DNA of 64,000 bases from Bacteroidota bacterium (lineage in GTDB: Bacteria; Bacteroidota; Bacteroidia; 2-12-FULL-35-15). Positions 18,827 to 27,765 of this stretch are shown in pieces. The stretch spans positions 27,811 through 91,810 of the forward strand of contig PLYN01000058.1 of the NCBI GenBank assembly GCA_003151815.1, in the 5' to 3' direction. The notes below the pieces were generated by a model. It was given only the letters and a program-made list of their open reading frames with translations. It was not told the origin of the DNA and searched no databases. The position numbers and the translations under genes are program-made. The first letter of the stretch is position 1. Every line of letters begins with the position of its first letter.

Positions 18827-19540
18827 ATGGATAAACAGGTACAGATAAGTAAAGAACTTTTCAAAACTATTTTGCAAGACAGCGAGACAACTAAATCTGG
18901 CGACTTACAATTATTACAGACAATTTATTCTTTTGATAATCATGAAGCTTCTGCGACTGATTTAGCAAAGACACTTGGTTATAAAGACAAAATTGTAGCA
19001 AATGCAATTATTGGAAGATTTGGAAAACGTATTGCAGAAAAATATGGCGTTCAAAGAGAACAATTAGAAAATGGTTCTTATGTAACCTATACACTATTTT
19101 TTAATGGTCATTGGGAAGATGCATTTTATATATGGGAACTAAAACCAGAGCTAATACAAGCACTTGAAGAACTTTCATTAAACACTATTTCTCATGAAAA
19201 AGAAATACAAAATAGTGAAACACAAAAAACTTTTACCGAAGGAACAGCCACAGAAGTAACACTAACAAGATACGAAAGAGACCCAAAGGCAAGAACTGAA
19301 TGTATTAAATATTATGGATATACATGTTCTGTATGCTCTTTTGATTTTGAAAAACATTACGGACAAATTGGTAAAAATTTTATTCACGTTCATCACTTGA
19401 CAGAAATCTCATCAATTGGAGAGACTTATGAAATAAATCCAATCAAAGATTTACGACCTGTCTGCCCAAACTGCCATGCTATGATACATAGGAGAAAACC
19501 ATTGTTGAGTATTGAAGAATTAAAAAAAGAAATTCAATGA
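18827..19540 (+). CDS. HNH endonuclease (McrA-like C-terminal nuclease with an uncharacterised N-terminal domain)
   Basis: RDPKARTECIKYYGYTCSVCSF...FIHVHHL...CPNCHAMIH gives the CxxC...HH...CxxC-H HNH zinc-finger pattern. The stop overlaps the next start (ATGA). Confidence 0.8.
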   Translation: MDKQVQISKELFKTILQDSETTKSGDLQLLQTIYSFDNHEASATDLAKTLGYKDKIVANAIIGRFGKRIAEKYGVQREQLENGSYVTYTLFFNGHWEDAFYIWELKPELIQALEELSLNTISHEKEIQNSETQKTFTEGTATEVTLTRYERDPKARTECIKYYGYTCSVCSFDFEKHYGQIGKNFIHVHHLTEISSIGETYEINPIKDLRPVCPNCHAMIHRRKPLLSIEELKKEIQ

Positions 19541-20160
19541 AACTAATTGTAATATCTAATCCGATTAACTTAAAAGATGAACACTCTATTTTATGTTCAT
19601 TGTTTGACGCCGGATTAAAATATTATCATCTTCGAAAACCAGATTTTACATATAAAGAATTAGAAGAGTACATTCAACAAATTCCAAAACAATACAGAGA
19701 CAAAGTGATACTTCATTCGCATCATCAATTGGCTGTTGAATATGGGGTAAAGGGTGTGCATTTTACAAATAAAAATCCGTATCAGGAATCAGATAATTTT
19801 CAGAAAAATATGCATCACAGTGCTTCTTTTCATTCATTGGGAGAAATAAAAAATGCTACGCCAATTTTTCAATATGTGTTTATAAGTCCTGTGTTTGATA
19901 GTATTTCAAAAGCTGATCACAAAACGCAAATAGACAAAACTGCTTTGAAGTTGTTTCTACAAAGGGAAACTAAAACAACTGAAATAATAGCGCTTGGAGG
20001 AATTAACAGTGATACGATCGCTGAAGCTGCGGATATGGGTTTTGACGGAATGGCTCTGTTAGGAAGTATCTGGATGTCGGGGAAACCGATAGAATCATTT
20101 AAGGAATTATTAAGTGTTACAGGTGGATTTAATAAAATTGAAAACAACATCCATGTCTGA
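19537..20160 (+). CDS. thiamine-phosphate synthase / TenI family protein (divergent paralog)
   Basis: TMP-TENI fold pattern: YHLRKP, GVHFT, ISPVFDSISK, ALGGIN. Confidence 0.7.
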   Translation: MKLIVISNPINLKDEHSILCSLFDAGLKYYHLRKPDFTYKELEEYIQQIPKQYRDKVILHSHHQLAVEYGVKGVHFTNKNPYQESDNFQKNMHHSASFHSLGEIKNATPIFQYVFISPVFDSISKADHKTQIDKTALKLFLQRETKTTEIIALGGINSDTIAEAADMGFDGMALLGSIWMSGKPIESFKELLSVTGGFNKIENNIHV

Positions 20161-20929
20161 TACCCGACCAACAATATTAAGCATTGCCGGTTTCGACCCA
20201 AGTGCCGGAGCCGGAGTATTGGCGGATGTAAAAACATTTGAGGCTTGCGGAGTATATGGGATGGGAGTCGTTTCTGCAATAACATATCAAAATGATATTG
20301 AATTTAAAAAAGTCGAATGGTTAAGTATTTCTCAGATAATAGAACAGATAGAAGTCCTTCAAAAGCGATTTAAATTTGAATATATTAAAATCGGTTTGAT
20401 AGAAAATTTGGAAATATTGCATCAACTTATTTCTCATTTAAAATCAGGCAATCCGACAACTAAAATTATTTGGGATCCCATTTTAAAGGCAAGTGCAGGA
20501 TTTGAATTTTACAATATTAAAAATCAAAATTTGCTGGAAGAAATTTGTTCTCAACTTTATTTGATAACCCCTAATATACCGGAGGCATTGCAATTAGGAA
20601 CCATTAAGGATGCAGAAAAAAATTCACAACACTTAAGTAAATTTTGCAATGTGTATTTAAAAGGTGGGCACAATGAAGAAGGAAAAGGAGTTGATATTTT
20701 ATTTACAAAAGATAAAAAGCACACATTATTTCCATCAACAACAAATATTATTTTTCCAAAACACGGCTCAGGATGTGTTTTATCGTCAGCTATTACAGCT
20801 TATTTAGCAAAAGGTTTATCATTGGAACAAGCTTGTATGGAGGCAAAAAAATATGTTACTGAATTTTTATTGAGTAACGATTCTTTATTAGGTTATCATA
20901 GCAATTTAACAAGTATTGCACATGAATAA
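20153..20929 (+). CDS. thiD: hydroxymethylpyrimidine / phosphomethylpyrimidine kinase
   Basis: ILSIAGFDPSAGAGVLADVKTF... I prefer the ATG at 20153 (8-nt overlap with the upstream stop) to the GTG at 20114 used by the ORF track. Confidence 0.85.
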   Translation: MSDTRPTILSIAGFDPSAGAGVLADVKTFEACGVYGMGVVSAITYQNDIEFKKVEWLSISQIIEQIEVLQKRFKFEYIKIGLIENLEILHQLISHLKSGNPTTKIIWDPILKASAGFEFYNIKNQNLLEEICSQLYLITPNIPEALQLGTIKDAEKNSQHLSKFCNVYLKGGHNEEGKGVDILFTKDKKHTLFPSTTNIIFPKHGSGCVLSSAITAYLAKGLSLEQACMEAKKYVTEFLLSNDSLLGYHSNLTSIAHE

Positions 20930-21569
20930 GAACATTTCACATTTACAATTTATAACGCAAGATATTGAAGGTATTGGTCACTCTGAACTTGCTTTGACAG
21001 CTTGTTCTGCAGGAATAGATTGGATACAATTACGTGTAAAAAACAGATCGTATAATGAATGGTTGGATATTGCTCTTAAAACTGAAATGATATGCCGTAA
21101 ATATCACGCCAGGTTTATTGTTAATGATAATGTGGTTATTGCAAAAGCTGTGAAAGCGGACGGTGTGCATTTAGGAAAATCGGATATGAGTCCGCGTGAA
21201 GCACGACAAGAATTAGGCAGCAAAGCCATTATTGGTGGGACAGCTAACTCCTTTGAAGACATAGAAGAATTGAACGATGCAGGAATTGATTATATTGGCT
21301 TAGGGCCGTTTCGATTTACTGCTACCAAAGAAAATTTAAGTCCGGTATTGGGAATTGAAGGATATAAGAATATCATAGATCAATGCAAAAAAAATGGAAT
21401 CACGATTCCTATTATTGCCATTGGAGGAATTAAGATAGAAGATGTTAAACCACTTGCAGAAACGGGTGTATATGGTATTGCTGTTGCTTCTGCTATTAGC
21501 ACTTCGCCTAATATATTTGAAGCTGCGAAACGTTTTAAGAGTAAAGTGAAAATTGGATTTGAGAAGTAA
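20916..21569 (+). CDS. thiE: thiamine-phosphate synthase
   Basis: Canonical ThiE pattern: IQLRVK, DGVHLGKSD, IGGTANS, GLGPFRFTATKEN, AIGGI. Confidence 0.85.
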   Translation: MHMNKNISHLQFITQDIEGIGHSELALTACSAGIDWIQLRVKNRSYNEWLDIALKTEMICRKYHARFIVNDNVVIAKAVKADGVHLGKSDMSPREARQELGSKAIIGGTANSFEDIEELNDAGIDYIGLGPFRFTATKENLSPVLGIEGYKNIIDQCKKNGITIPIIAIGGIKIEDVKPLAETGVYGIAVASAISTSPNIFEAAKRFKSKVKIGFEK

Positions 21570-21574
21570 AAAAA

Positions 21575-21670
21575 CTCACGCAGATTGCGCAGATTTTCGC
21601 GGATAAAAAAATAAAAGAAAAAACAATATTTGATAACTAAAGATCTGCGAAAATCAGCGAAATCAGCGAG
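21575..21670. repeat. empty palindromic element of the cgcaga/tctgcg family (MITE-like)
   Basis: Arms ctcacgcagattgcgcagattttcgcggat (21575-21604) and atctgcgaaaatcagcgaaatcagcgag (21643-21670) are imperfect reverse complements. They lie between the thiE stop and the thiG start. Confidence 0.6.
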
Positions 21671-21687
21671 CAAAAAATACAGAGATC

Positions 21688-22458
21688 ATGAAAAAATTAA
21701 AAATTGGCGACAAAGAATTCAGTTCCAGACTATTCACAGGAACAGGGAAATTCAGCTCATCACAATTGATGGAAGAAGCCTTACTTGCTTCGGGTTCGGA
21801 GTTAGTAACCGTTGCACTTAAACGGGTGGATATGCATAGTGATGACGATGATATTTTAAAACATCTTTGGCATCCGCAATTTAATTTATTGCCGAATACT
21901 TCCGGAGTACGTACCGCTAAAGAGGCTGTATTTGCCGCGCAATTATCACGTGAGGCATTGGAAACTAACTGGCTTAAATTAGAGATACATCCGGATCCTA
22001 AATACCTCCTACCCGACCCAATAGAAACATTAAAAGCAGCGGAAGAATTAGTAAAACTGGGCTTTATTGTATTGCCCTACATCCATGCCGATCCTGTTTT
22101 GTGTAAACATTTGGTAGAGGTTGGTGTTGCAGCGGTAATGCCATTAGGTTCCCCGATTGGCAGTAATAGCGGTTTATTGACAAAACGATTTTTAGAAATA
22201 ATCATTGAGCAAAGCAATGTGCCTGTAATTATAGATGCCGGAATTGGTGCGCCATCACATGCTGCAGAAGCAATGGAAATGGGTGCTGCTGCTGTATTGG
22301 TAAATACCGCAATTGCTGTATCTGAAAATCCAATACAAATGGCAATAGCTTTTAAAATGGCAGTAGAAGCTGGAAGAATGGCATATGAAGCGCGTTTGGC
22401 AAAACCCAAAAACTATGCGGAAGCAAGTAGTCCGTTGACATCGTTTTTACAAGATTAA
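21688..22458 (+). CDS. thiG: thiazole synthase
   Basis: Full-length ThiG ([33 protein letters not shown]). Confidence 0.95.
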   Translation: MKKLKIGDKEFSSRLFTGTGKFSSSQLMEEALLASGSELVTVALKRVDMHSDDDDILKHLWHPQFNLLPNTSGVRTAKEAVFAAQLSREALETNWLKLEIHPDPKYLLPDPIETLKAAEELVKLGFIVLPYIHADPVLCKHLVEVGVAAVMPLGSPIGSNSGLLTKRFLEIIIEQSNVPVIIDAGIGAPSHAAEAMEMGAAAVLVNTAIAVSENPIQMAIAFKMAVEAGRMAYEARLAKPKNYAEASSPLTSFLQD

Positions 22459-22459
22459 A

Positions 22460-22993
22460 TTATTTCTCGCAGAGTTGCGCAGATAAAAAACGCTGAGTTT
22501 CGCAGAGCTAATCGCAGTTCCGATAGCTATCGGGATTCGCAGATAAATAAAAATGAAAGAAAACGATATATCTTTTGACATAAGAGGTGCAGCTTTTAAA
22601 GTACATACTGCATTAGGACCGGGGTTGCTAGAATCTGTTTATGAGATAGCGCTTTCGTATGAATTAAGAGAAAAAGGATATGATGTAAAAAATTAGCAGG
22701 GAATTCCGTTGATCTATTCGAATATAAAAATGGATATTGGTTTTAGGTTAGATATTATCGTAAATGATTTAGTAATTATTGAAGTGAAATCAGTTGAAAA
22801 GCTTATTGATGTGCATCACAAACAATTATTAACGTATTTGAAATTATCAAATAAAAAGTTAGGCTTACTTATTAATTTTAATGAATCGTCGTTAAAAGAC
22901 TCAATAGTAAGAATTGTAAATAACTTATAAATTATAAAACAAAAAAATCTGCGAAACTCCGCGAAAAAATCTGCGGAACTCTGCGAGAAATAA
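22460..22993. mobile_element. GxxExxY gene cassette bounded by ~47-nt imperfect terminal inverted repeats
   Basis: Left arm 22460-22506 is ttatttctcgcagagttgcgcagat-A6-cgctgagtttcgcaga. The reverse complement of the right arm 22948-22993 is ttatttctcgcagagttccgcagat-T5-cgcggagtttcgcaga. The cassette exactly fills the thiG-thiH spacer. Confidence 0.5.
22553..22930 (+). pseudogene. GxxExxY protein (PD-(D/E)XK-like) with an in-frame TAG
   Basis: MKENDISFDIRGAAFKVHTALGPGLLESVYE...DVKN*QGIPLIYSNIKMDIGFRLDIIVNDLVIIEVKS... The TAG at 22694-22696 is codon 48, and both halves are in the same frame. Confidence 0.75.
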
Positions 22994-22999
22994 GAAAAA

Positions 23000-24109
23000 A
23001 TGTTTACAGAACTATTCAATACATATAACTGGGACGAAATAAAACAAAGCATCTACTCTAAAACAAAAGCAGATGTGGAGCACGCTTTGAATAAAATCAC
23101 CAAACGTGATCTGGAAGATTTCAAATCTTTGATATCTCCGGCTGCAGCCGACTACCTTGAGCCAATGGCACAATTAAGTCAACGTTTAACACAAAAACGT
23201 TTCGGCAAAACAATTCAGATGTATGTACCACTTTATCTTTCTAATGAATGTCAGAATATTTGCACCTATTGCGGTTTTAGTTTCGATAATAAATTAAAAC
23301 GAAAAACTTTAACTGATGCTGAGATATTAAAAGAAGTAGAAGCAATAAAAGCGTTAGGGTTCGACCATGTATTACTTGTTACAGGTGAAGCAAACCAAAC
23401 TGTTGGAGTTCCATATTTAAAAAATGCTATCAAATTAATTCGTCCACACTTTTCGCTTATCTCCATGGAAGTGCAACCGCTCGATCAGCATGAATACGAA
23501 GAATTAATTACCGAAGGATTAAATACCGTTTTGGTATACCAGGAAACATATCACAAAGAGGATTATAAACTGCATCATCCGAAAGGAAAAAAATCTAATT
23601 TTAATTACCGACTCGAAACACCTGATAGATTGGGGAAATCAGGTATTCATAAAATTGGCTTGGGTACACTTATCGGTTTAGAAGATTGGCGTACCGATTC
23701 ATTTTTTAATGCTTTGCATTTAACTTATCTTGAAAAAAAGTACTGGCGCACAAAGTATTCTATTTCATTTCCTCGCCTGCGTCCTGCCGAAGGGATCATA
23801 GAACCTAAAGTGGTAATGAATGATAAAGAATTGGTGCAGTTGATATGTGCCTATCGCATTTTTAATGAAGAAATTGAACTTTCTATTTCAACACGTGAGA
23901 ATGAAAATTTTCGTAACAACATCATCAAATTAGGAATCACTTCGATGAGTGCAGGCTCTAAAACAAATCCCGGTGGTTATGCCGTTGAAAAAGAATCGCT
24001 CGAACAGTTTGAGATCAGCGACGAACGCAGTCCGAAAGAAATAGAGCAACTCATTAAATTAAATGATTATGAGGTAGTATGGAAAGATTGGGATAACGTT
24101 TTAACCTAA
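23000..24109 (+). CDS. thiH: 2-iminoacetate synthase (radical SAM)
   Basis: CQNICTYCGF radical-SAM cluster motif and ThiH-like length. Confidence 0.9.
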   Translation: MFTELFNTYNWDEIKQSIYSKTKADVEHALNKITKRDLEDFKSLISPAAADYLEPMAQLSQRLTQKRFGKTIQMYVPLYLSNECQNICTYCGFSFDNKLKRKTLTDAEILKEVEAIKALGFDHVLLVTGEANQTVGVPYLKNAIKLIRPHFSLISMEVQPLDQHEYEELITEGLNTVLVYQETYHKEDYKLHHPKGKKSNFNYRLETPDRLGKSGIHKIGLGTLIGLEDWRTDSFFNALHLTYLEKKYWRTKYSISFPRLRPAEGIIEPKVVMNDKELVQLICAYRIFNEEIELSISTRENENFRNNIIKLGITSMSAGSKTNPGGYAVEKESLEQFEISDERSPKEIEQLIKLNDYEVVWKDWDNVLT

Positions 24110-24111
24110 AA

Positions 24112-24747
24112 CTATTCGATTGGAATATTTAACTCTTGAAATTTTTCTACGATCTTATTAAACTCAACCACCGGATCTTTCGACTTCCAGATAGAACTAT
24201 AAAATGCTAATCCTTTAAAATCAATTTTCTTTGCTTTTTCAATGGAAGATACTTCAACCCCACCTCTTGCTATCACATCAAATTTTGTTTTTTGAATAGC
24301 AGAATGCAAACTGTGTTCAGTGAATCCGCTTTGAAATTTACTTGTTATACTATCAAATATAGGACTTAAAAAAACATACGAATAATGATATTTTTGATCT
24401 GTTTCCAAAAGCTGTCCAATGGTTCGGAATGAGGTGGTGATTTTAATATGAGGGTTTTTAAGTCGAATTAATTTTAACGATAACCAGGTTTGGAATTTCT
24501 TTTTTTTATGCGTAGATGTTAAATGAATACCGCCCAACTTAAACGTTGATGCCAGATTGTGGTGTGAGTGAATATATATTCTATTGTGAAAATGTGTCGG
24601 GATCTGTTTAATAAATTTCTTCATTTGATTGGTAGAAAGTTTAAGTTTTCTTAAATGAAAAGTTTCAAGTCCGGCTTCAAATAATTGAGTAACTATTTGC
24701 GCTTCATTTTCAATGCCGCTAGAACTTGAAATAACGATTAACTTCAT
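24112..24747 (-). CDS. thiamine-phosphate synthase / TenI family protein (third paralog)
   Basis: MKLIVISSSSGIENEAQIVTQLFEAGLETFHLRK..GGIHLTS..LSPIFDSITSK closely parallels 19537-20160. Lies downstream of the GGGPS-like gene on the minus strand. Confidence 0.65.
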   Translation of the reverse strand: MKLIVISSSSGIENEAQIVTQLFEAGLETFHLRKLKLSTNQMKKFIKQIPTHFHNRIYIHSHHNLASTFKLGGIHLTSTHKKKKFQTWLSLKLIRLKNPHIKITTSFRTIGQLLETDQKYHYSYVFLSPIFDSITSKFQSGFTEHSLHSAIQKTKFDVIARGGVEVSSIEKAKKIDFKGLAFYSSIWKSKDPVVEFNKIVEKFQELNIPIE

Positions 24748-24770
24748 ACGTTTTTTATTGATTGTTATAT

Positions 24771-25505
24771 TTAAAATGCATGAATAGCCTTCGAAATACT
24801 TTGTATCAAGGATGGATCTTTTTCAATTGCATTGCCGATCACCACAACATCTGCACCTGATTTACAAGCAGTCACAGCTTTTTCAGAACTATTAATCCCA
24901 CCCCCAACGATCAATGGCACATTAGTATTTATACTCACTTTATTGATCATTGTTTCACTAACGTTATTTATTGCGCCACTTCCGGCATCTAAATATATTA
25001 ATTTTAGTCCCAACATTTCTCCAGCCATCGCAGTAGCCATGGCAATGTCGTCTTTATCAAATGGTATCGGATTGGTGTTACTCATATAAGACGCCGCAGT
25101 TTGTTTACCACTTTCAATAAGCATATATCCTGTTGATAAGATCTCTAAATTACTCGACTTTAATTTCGTGGATGCAACCACATGATTTCCAATCAGCATA
25201 TCGGCATTACGACCGGAAATAAGAGAAAGAAGCAATATTCCATCAGCACTCTTACTTATTTGCAAATTATTTCCCGGGAAAATCAATACCGGAATTTTAG
25301 TATGTTTTTTAATTGTCTGGATACATTCCTCAAAATTACCGTTGGTAATGATGCTGCCACCAACCATAATGAAATCAACATTTGCAGACTCACACAATCT
25401 AATAACTTCGGTTGATTTAAATTTATCAGGATCTACTAAGACGGCAAACAGCTTTTTTCCTTGCTTTTTGGCTTCTAATATAGATGTGTAAATGGTTTGT
25501 TGCAT
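24771..25505 (-). CDS. geranylgeranylglyceryl / heptaprenylglyceryl phosphate synthase family protein (PcrB/GGGPS)
   Basis: FAVLVDPDK, FIMVGGS, IFPGN, SGRN, YLDAGSGA and VGGGI are the PcrB/GGGPS TIM-barrel signature. Confidence 0.8.
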   Translation of the reverse strand: MQQTIYTSILEAKKQGKKLFAVLVDPDKFKSTEVIRLCESANVDFIMVGGSIITNGNFEECIQTIKKHTKIPVLIFPGNNLQISKSADGILLLSLISGRNADMLIGNHVVASTKLKSSNLEILSTGYMLIESGKQTAASYMSNTNPIPFDKDDIAMATAMAGEMLGLKLIYLDAGSGAINNVSETMINKVSINTNVPLIVGGGINSSEKAVTACKSGADVVVIGNAIEKDPSLIQSISKAIHAF

Positions 25506-25556
25506 TATTAGTGACTATTTAATTTTACTCAAAAGATTTGTGATGCCAAACGCAAA

Positions 25557-25623
25557 GTCTTCGACAAGCTCAGACTGACCGCGCTCGAGGTCATATTGAG
25601 TTTATCGAAATATGTGCGAAGGC
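25557..25623. repeat. GC-rich nested palindromic element in the ahcY upstream region
   Basis: cttcgaca...tgtgcgaag outer pairing and tgacc-gcgctcga-ggtca inner hairpin (25576-25593). A GC island in AT-rich spacer. Confidence 0.45.
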
Positions 25624-25798
25624 TTGAAAAATAATACTGCCATAACTCTATCATATTTAAATGCAATATTAATTAAATCATTTGAGCATTTTTCATTTTA
25701 TTTTAGGAATAACCTTTGTCCAAAAAGCCTTATAAAAATTTGTTTGTTACCTTCAAAACAACTAATTTCGCCCTCTCAATTAACTAAAAACAAAAAAA

Positions 25799-27118
25799 AT
25801 GGCAAATACATCCGCAGTGAAATTTGAAAAATACAAAGTAAAAGACATGTCCTTGGCAGAATGGGGACGCAAAGAAATAAAATTAGCTGAAGTGGAGATG
25901 CCGGGTTTAATGGCCCTTCGTGCTGAATTTGGTGCGTCAAAACCATTAAAAAACGCAAGAATTGCAGGTTGTTTACACATGACCATTCAAACGGCAGTAT
26001 TAATTGAAACATTGATCGAATTGGGTGCAGAGGTTACCTGGTCGTCATGTAATATTTTTTCAACACAAGATCATGCTGCTGCTGCTATTGCTGCTGCAGG
26101 TATTTCAGTATATGCCTGGAAAGGTATGAATGAACAGGAATTTGACTGGTGTATCGAACAAACATTATTTTTTGGAGAAGACCGTAAACCATTGAACATG
26201 ATATTGGATGATGGTGGTGACTTAACAAATATGGTGTTTGATAGATTCCCTGAATTAATAAAAGAGATCAAAGGTCTTTCGGAAGAAACGACTACAGGTG
26301 TTCACCGTTTATACGAGCGTATGAAAAACGGAACATTGCACATCCCTGCAATTAACGTGAACGACTCTGTTACCAAATCTAAATTTGATAATAAATACGG
26401 TTGCCGTGAATCATTGGTTGACGCGATCAGAAGAGCTACCGACTTGATGCTTGCAGGAAAAGTGGCAGTAGTAGCAGGTTATGGTGATGTTGGAAAAGGT
26501 TCAGCAGAATCATTAAGCTCACAAGGCGTACGCGTTATTGTTACTGAAATTGATCCCATTTGTGCGCTACAAGCTGCAATGGACGGATACCAGGTACAAA
26601 AAATGGACAGAGCAATAAAAGAAGCTGACATTATTGTTACAGCTACAGGTAATAAAAACATCATTACTGACCGTCATTTCAAAGCAATGAAACACAATGC
26701 TATTGTTTGTAATATCGGTCACTTCGATAATGAAATTGATATGGCCTGGTTAAATAAAAACCATGGTGCTTCAAAAGATGTTATTAAACCACAAGTGGAT
26801 AAATATACTGTTGATGGTAAAGATATTATTGTTCTTGCAGAAGGACGTTTAGTGAATTTAGGTTGTGCAACAGGACATCCTTCATTTGTTATGAGTAACT
26901 CATTTACTAACCAAACATTGGCACAATTAGAACTTTGGATCAATACTGATCAATACGAAAACAAAGTATACGTTTTGCCAAAACATTTAGATGAAAAAGT
27001 GGCTCGTTTACACCTGGCAAAAATCAGTGTTGAATTAGATGTGTTAACAAAAGAACAAGCTGCATATATCGGCGTTCCCGTTGAAGGTCCATTTAAATCA
27101 GATGCTTACAGATACTAA
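25799..27118 (+). CDS. ahcY: adenosylhomocysteinase
   Basis: Full-length AhcY ([27 protein letters not shown] site, C-terminal KSDAYRY). Confidence 0.95.
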   Translation: MANTSAVKFEKYKVKDMSLAEWGRKEIKLAEVEMPGLMALRAEFGASKPLKNARIAGCLHMTIQTAVLIETLIELGAEVTWSSCNIFSTQDHAAAAIAAAGISVYAWKGMNEQEFDWCIEQTLFFGEDRKPLNMILDDGGDLTNMVFDRFPELIKEIKGLSEETTTGVHRLYERMKNGTLHIPAINVNDSVTKSKFDNKYGCRESLVDAIRRATDLMLAGKVAVVAGYGDVGKGSAESLSSQGVRVIVTEIDPICALQAAMDGYQVQKMDRAIKEADIIVTATGNKNIITDRHFKAMKHNAIVCNIGHFDNEIDMAWLNKNHGASKDVIKPQVDKYTVDGKDIIVLAEGRLVNLGCATGHPSFVMSNSFTNQTLAQLELWINTDQYENKVYVLPKHLDEKVARLHLAKISVELDVLTKEQAAYIGVPVEGPFKSDAYRY

Positions 27119-27140
27119 AAAATATTACGATCACAAATTT

Positions 27141-27215
27141 TCACCACAGAGGCACGGAGAACACTAAGAAACACAGAGAATTATCGGTGCAACTTGTGGG
27201 ATTTGTGCCTCTTTG
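27141..27215. repeat. cacagag/cacggag-type repeat element between convergent genes
   Basis: accacagaggcacggagaacactaagaaacacagagaa... is homologous to 48389-48443. The end pairing agaggcac/gtgcctct is followed by a T-run. Confidence 0.5.
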
Positions 27216-27230
27216 ATTTTTTTCTTTATA

Positions 27231-27656
27231 TCAATTAAAAATATGTAACACATTCCCATCAAAGGTGGTGTTATAGGCTTTCAATGGAAACAATGCCGGA
27301 CCATGACTTACACTTCCATCCATCAATAAAAATTTGGATTTACAACAAGTATCCACCGCCAAAATATTGGTAGCATCTACATACACTGTAGCACACGGAT
27401 TTGTTGATTGATAGGTACAATTACGATCATACGCCTTAAATTGATCTGTTGATTGTCTGTATACCAAAATTCCTCTTACACCACCTGCAACATATACCCA
27501 TCCACCAACAGCGTTTAGATTTATATAACTCGGATTATTGATAAACAAACTAATGTCTACCCCGGTAATAGGAACACCAGTACTATTATTATCTTTTTTG
27601 CAACTTGCAACAAAAATTAATATGACTGTTAAACAGAAACTTAAAAATATTTTCAT
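27231..27656 (-). CDS. lipoprotein with degenerate Rieske-like fold
   Basis: Lipobox VASC. GGWVYVAGGVRGILVYR...YDRNCTYQ...CCKSKF...GPA...L.IFN follows the Rieske-domain spacing, but both His ligands are replaced. Confidence 0.5.
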   Translation of the reverse strand: MKIFLSFCLTVILIFVASCKKDNNSTGVPITGVDISLFINNPSYINLNAVGGWVYVAGGVRGILVYRQSTDQFKAYDRNCTYQSTNPCATVYVDATNILAVDTCCKSKFLLMDGSVSHGPALFPLKAYNTTFDGNVLHIFN

Positions 27657-27765
27657 TGTTTTGAATTGACTTTAACAAATTTAAAAAAAATAAATCATAT
27701 TTGATTGTTTACCGATGTTTTTAGGCCATTTTATTCATTAAATTTGTATCCCTTAAAAGATCGAA

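Noticed and set aside
21630-21821. 63-aa ORF spanning the palindromic element and the start of thiG.
   Set aside because: It is encoded partly by the repeat arm and overlaps thiG out of frame. The product is low-complexity and basic.
22077-22409. Numerous long antisense shadow ORFs inside conserved genes. Examples: 22077-22409 in thiG, 32631-33023 in the permease, 53667-54068 and 54450-54878 in thrA, and 10924-11323 in the carboxyltransferase.
   Set aside because: Each lies opposite a gene with strong family motifs and gives a low-complexity or unrecognisable product. These are typical frame shadows.
22694-22696. TAG read-through or pyrrolysine in the GxxExxY gene.
   Set aside because: There is no pyl context. 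TAG is used as a normal stop (for example lepB at 7844-7846 and the S1-domain gene at 16787-16789). A CAG-to-TAG mutation at a position where Q or R is usual fits a pseudogene.
25506-25798. Possible SAH riboswitch in the 290-nt region upstream of ahcY, prompted by the GC-rich structured segment at 25557-25623.
   Set aside because: I cannot find the conserved SAH-element cores as I remember them. The segment looks like a member of the dispersed GC-rich palindromic repeats. Only a cmsearch with the SAH riboswitch model could settle it.
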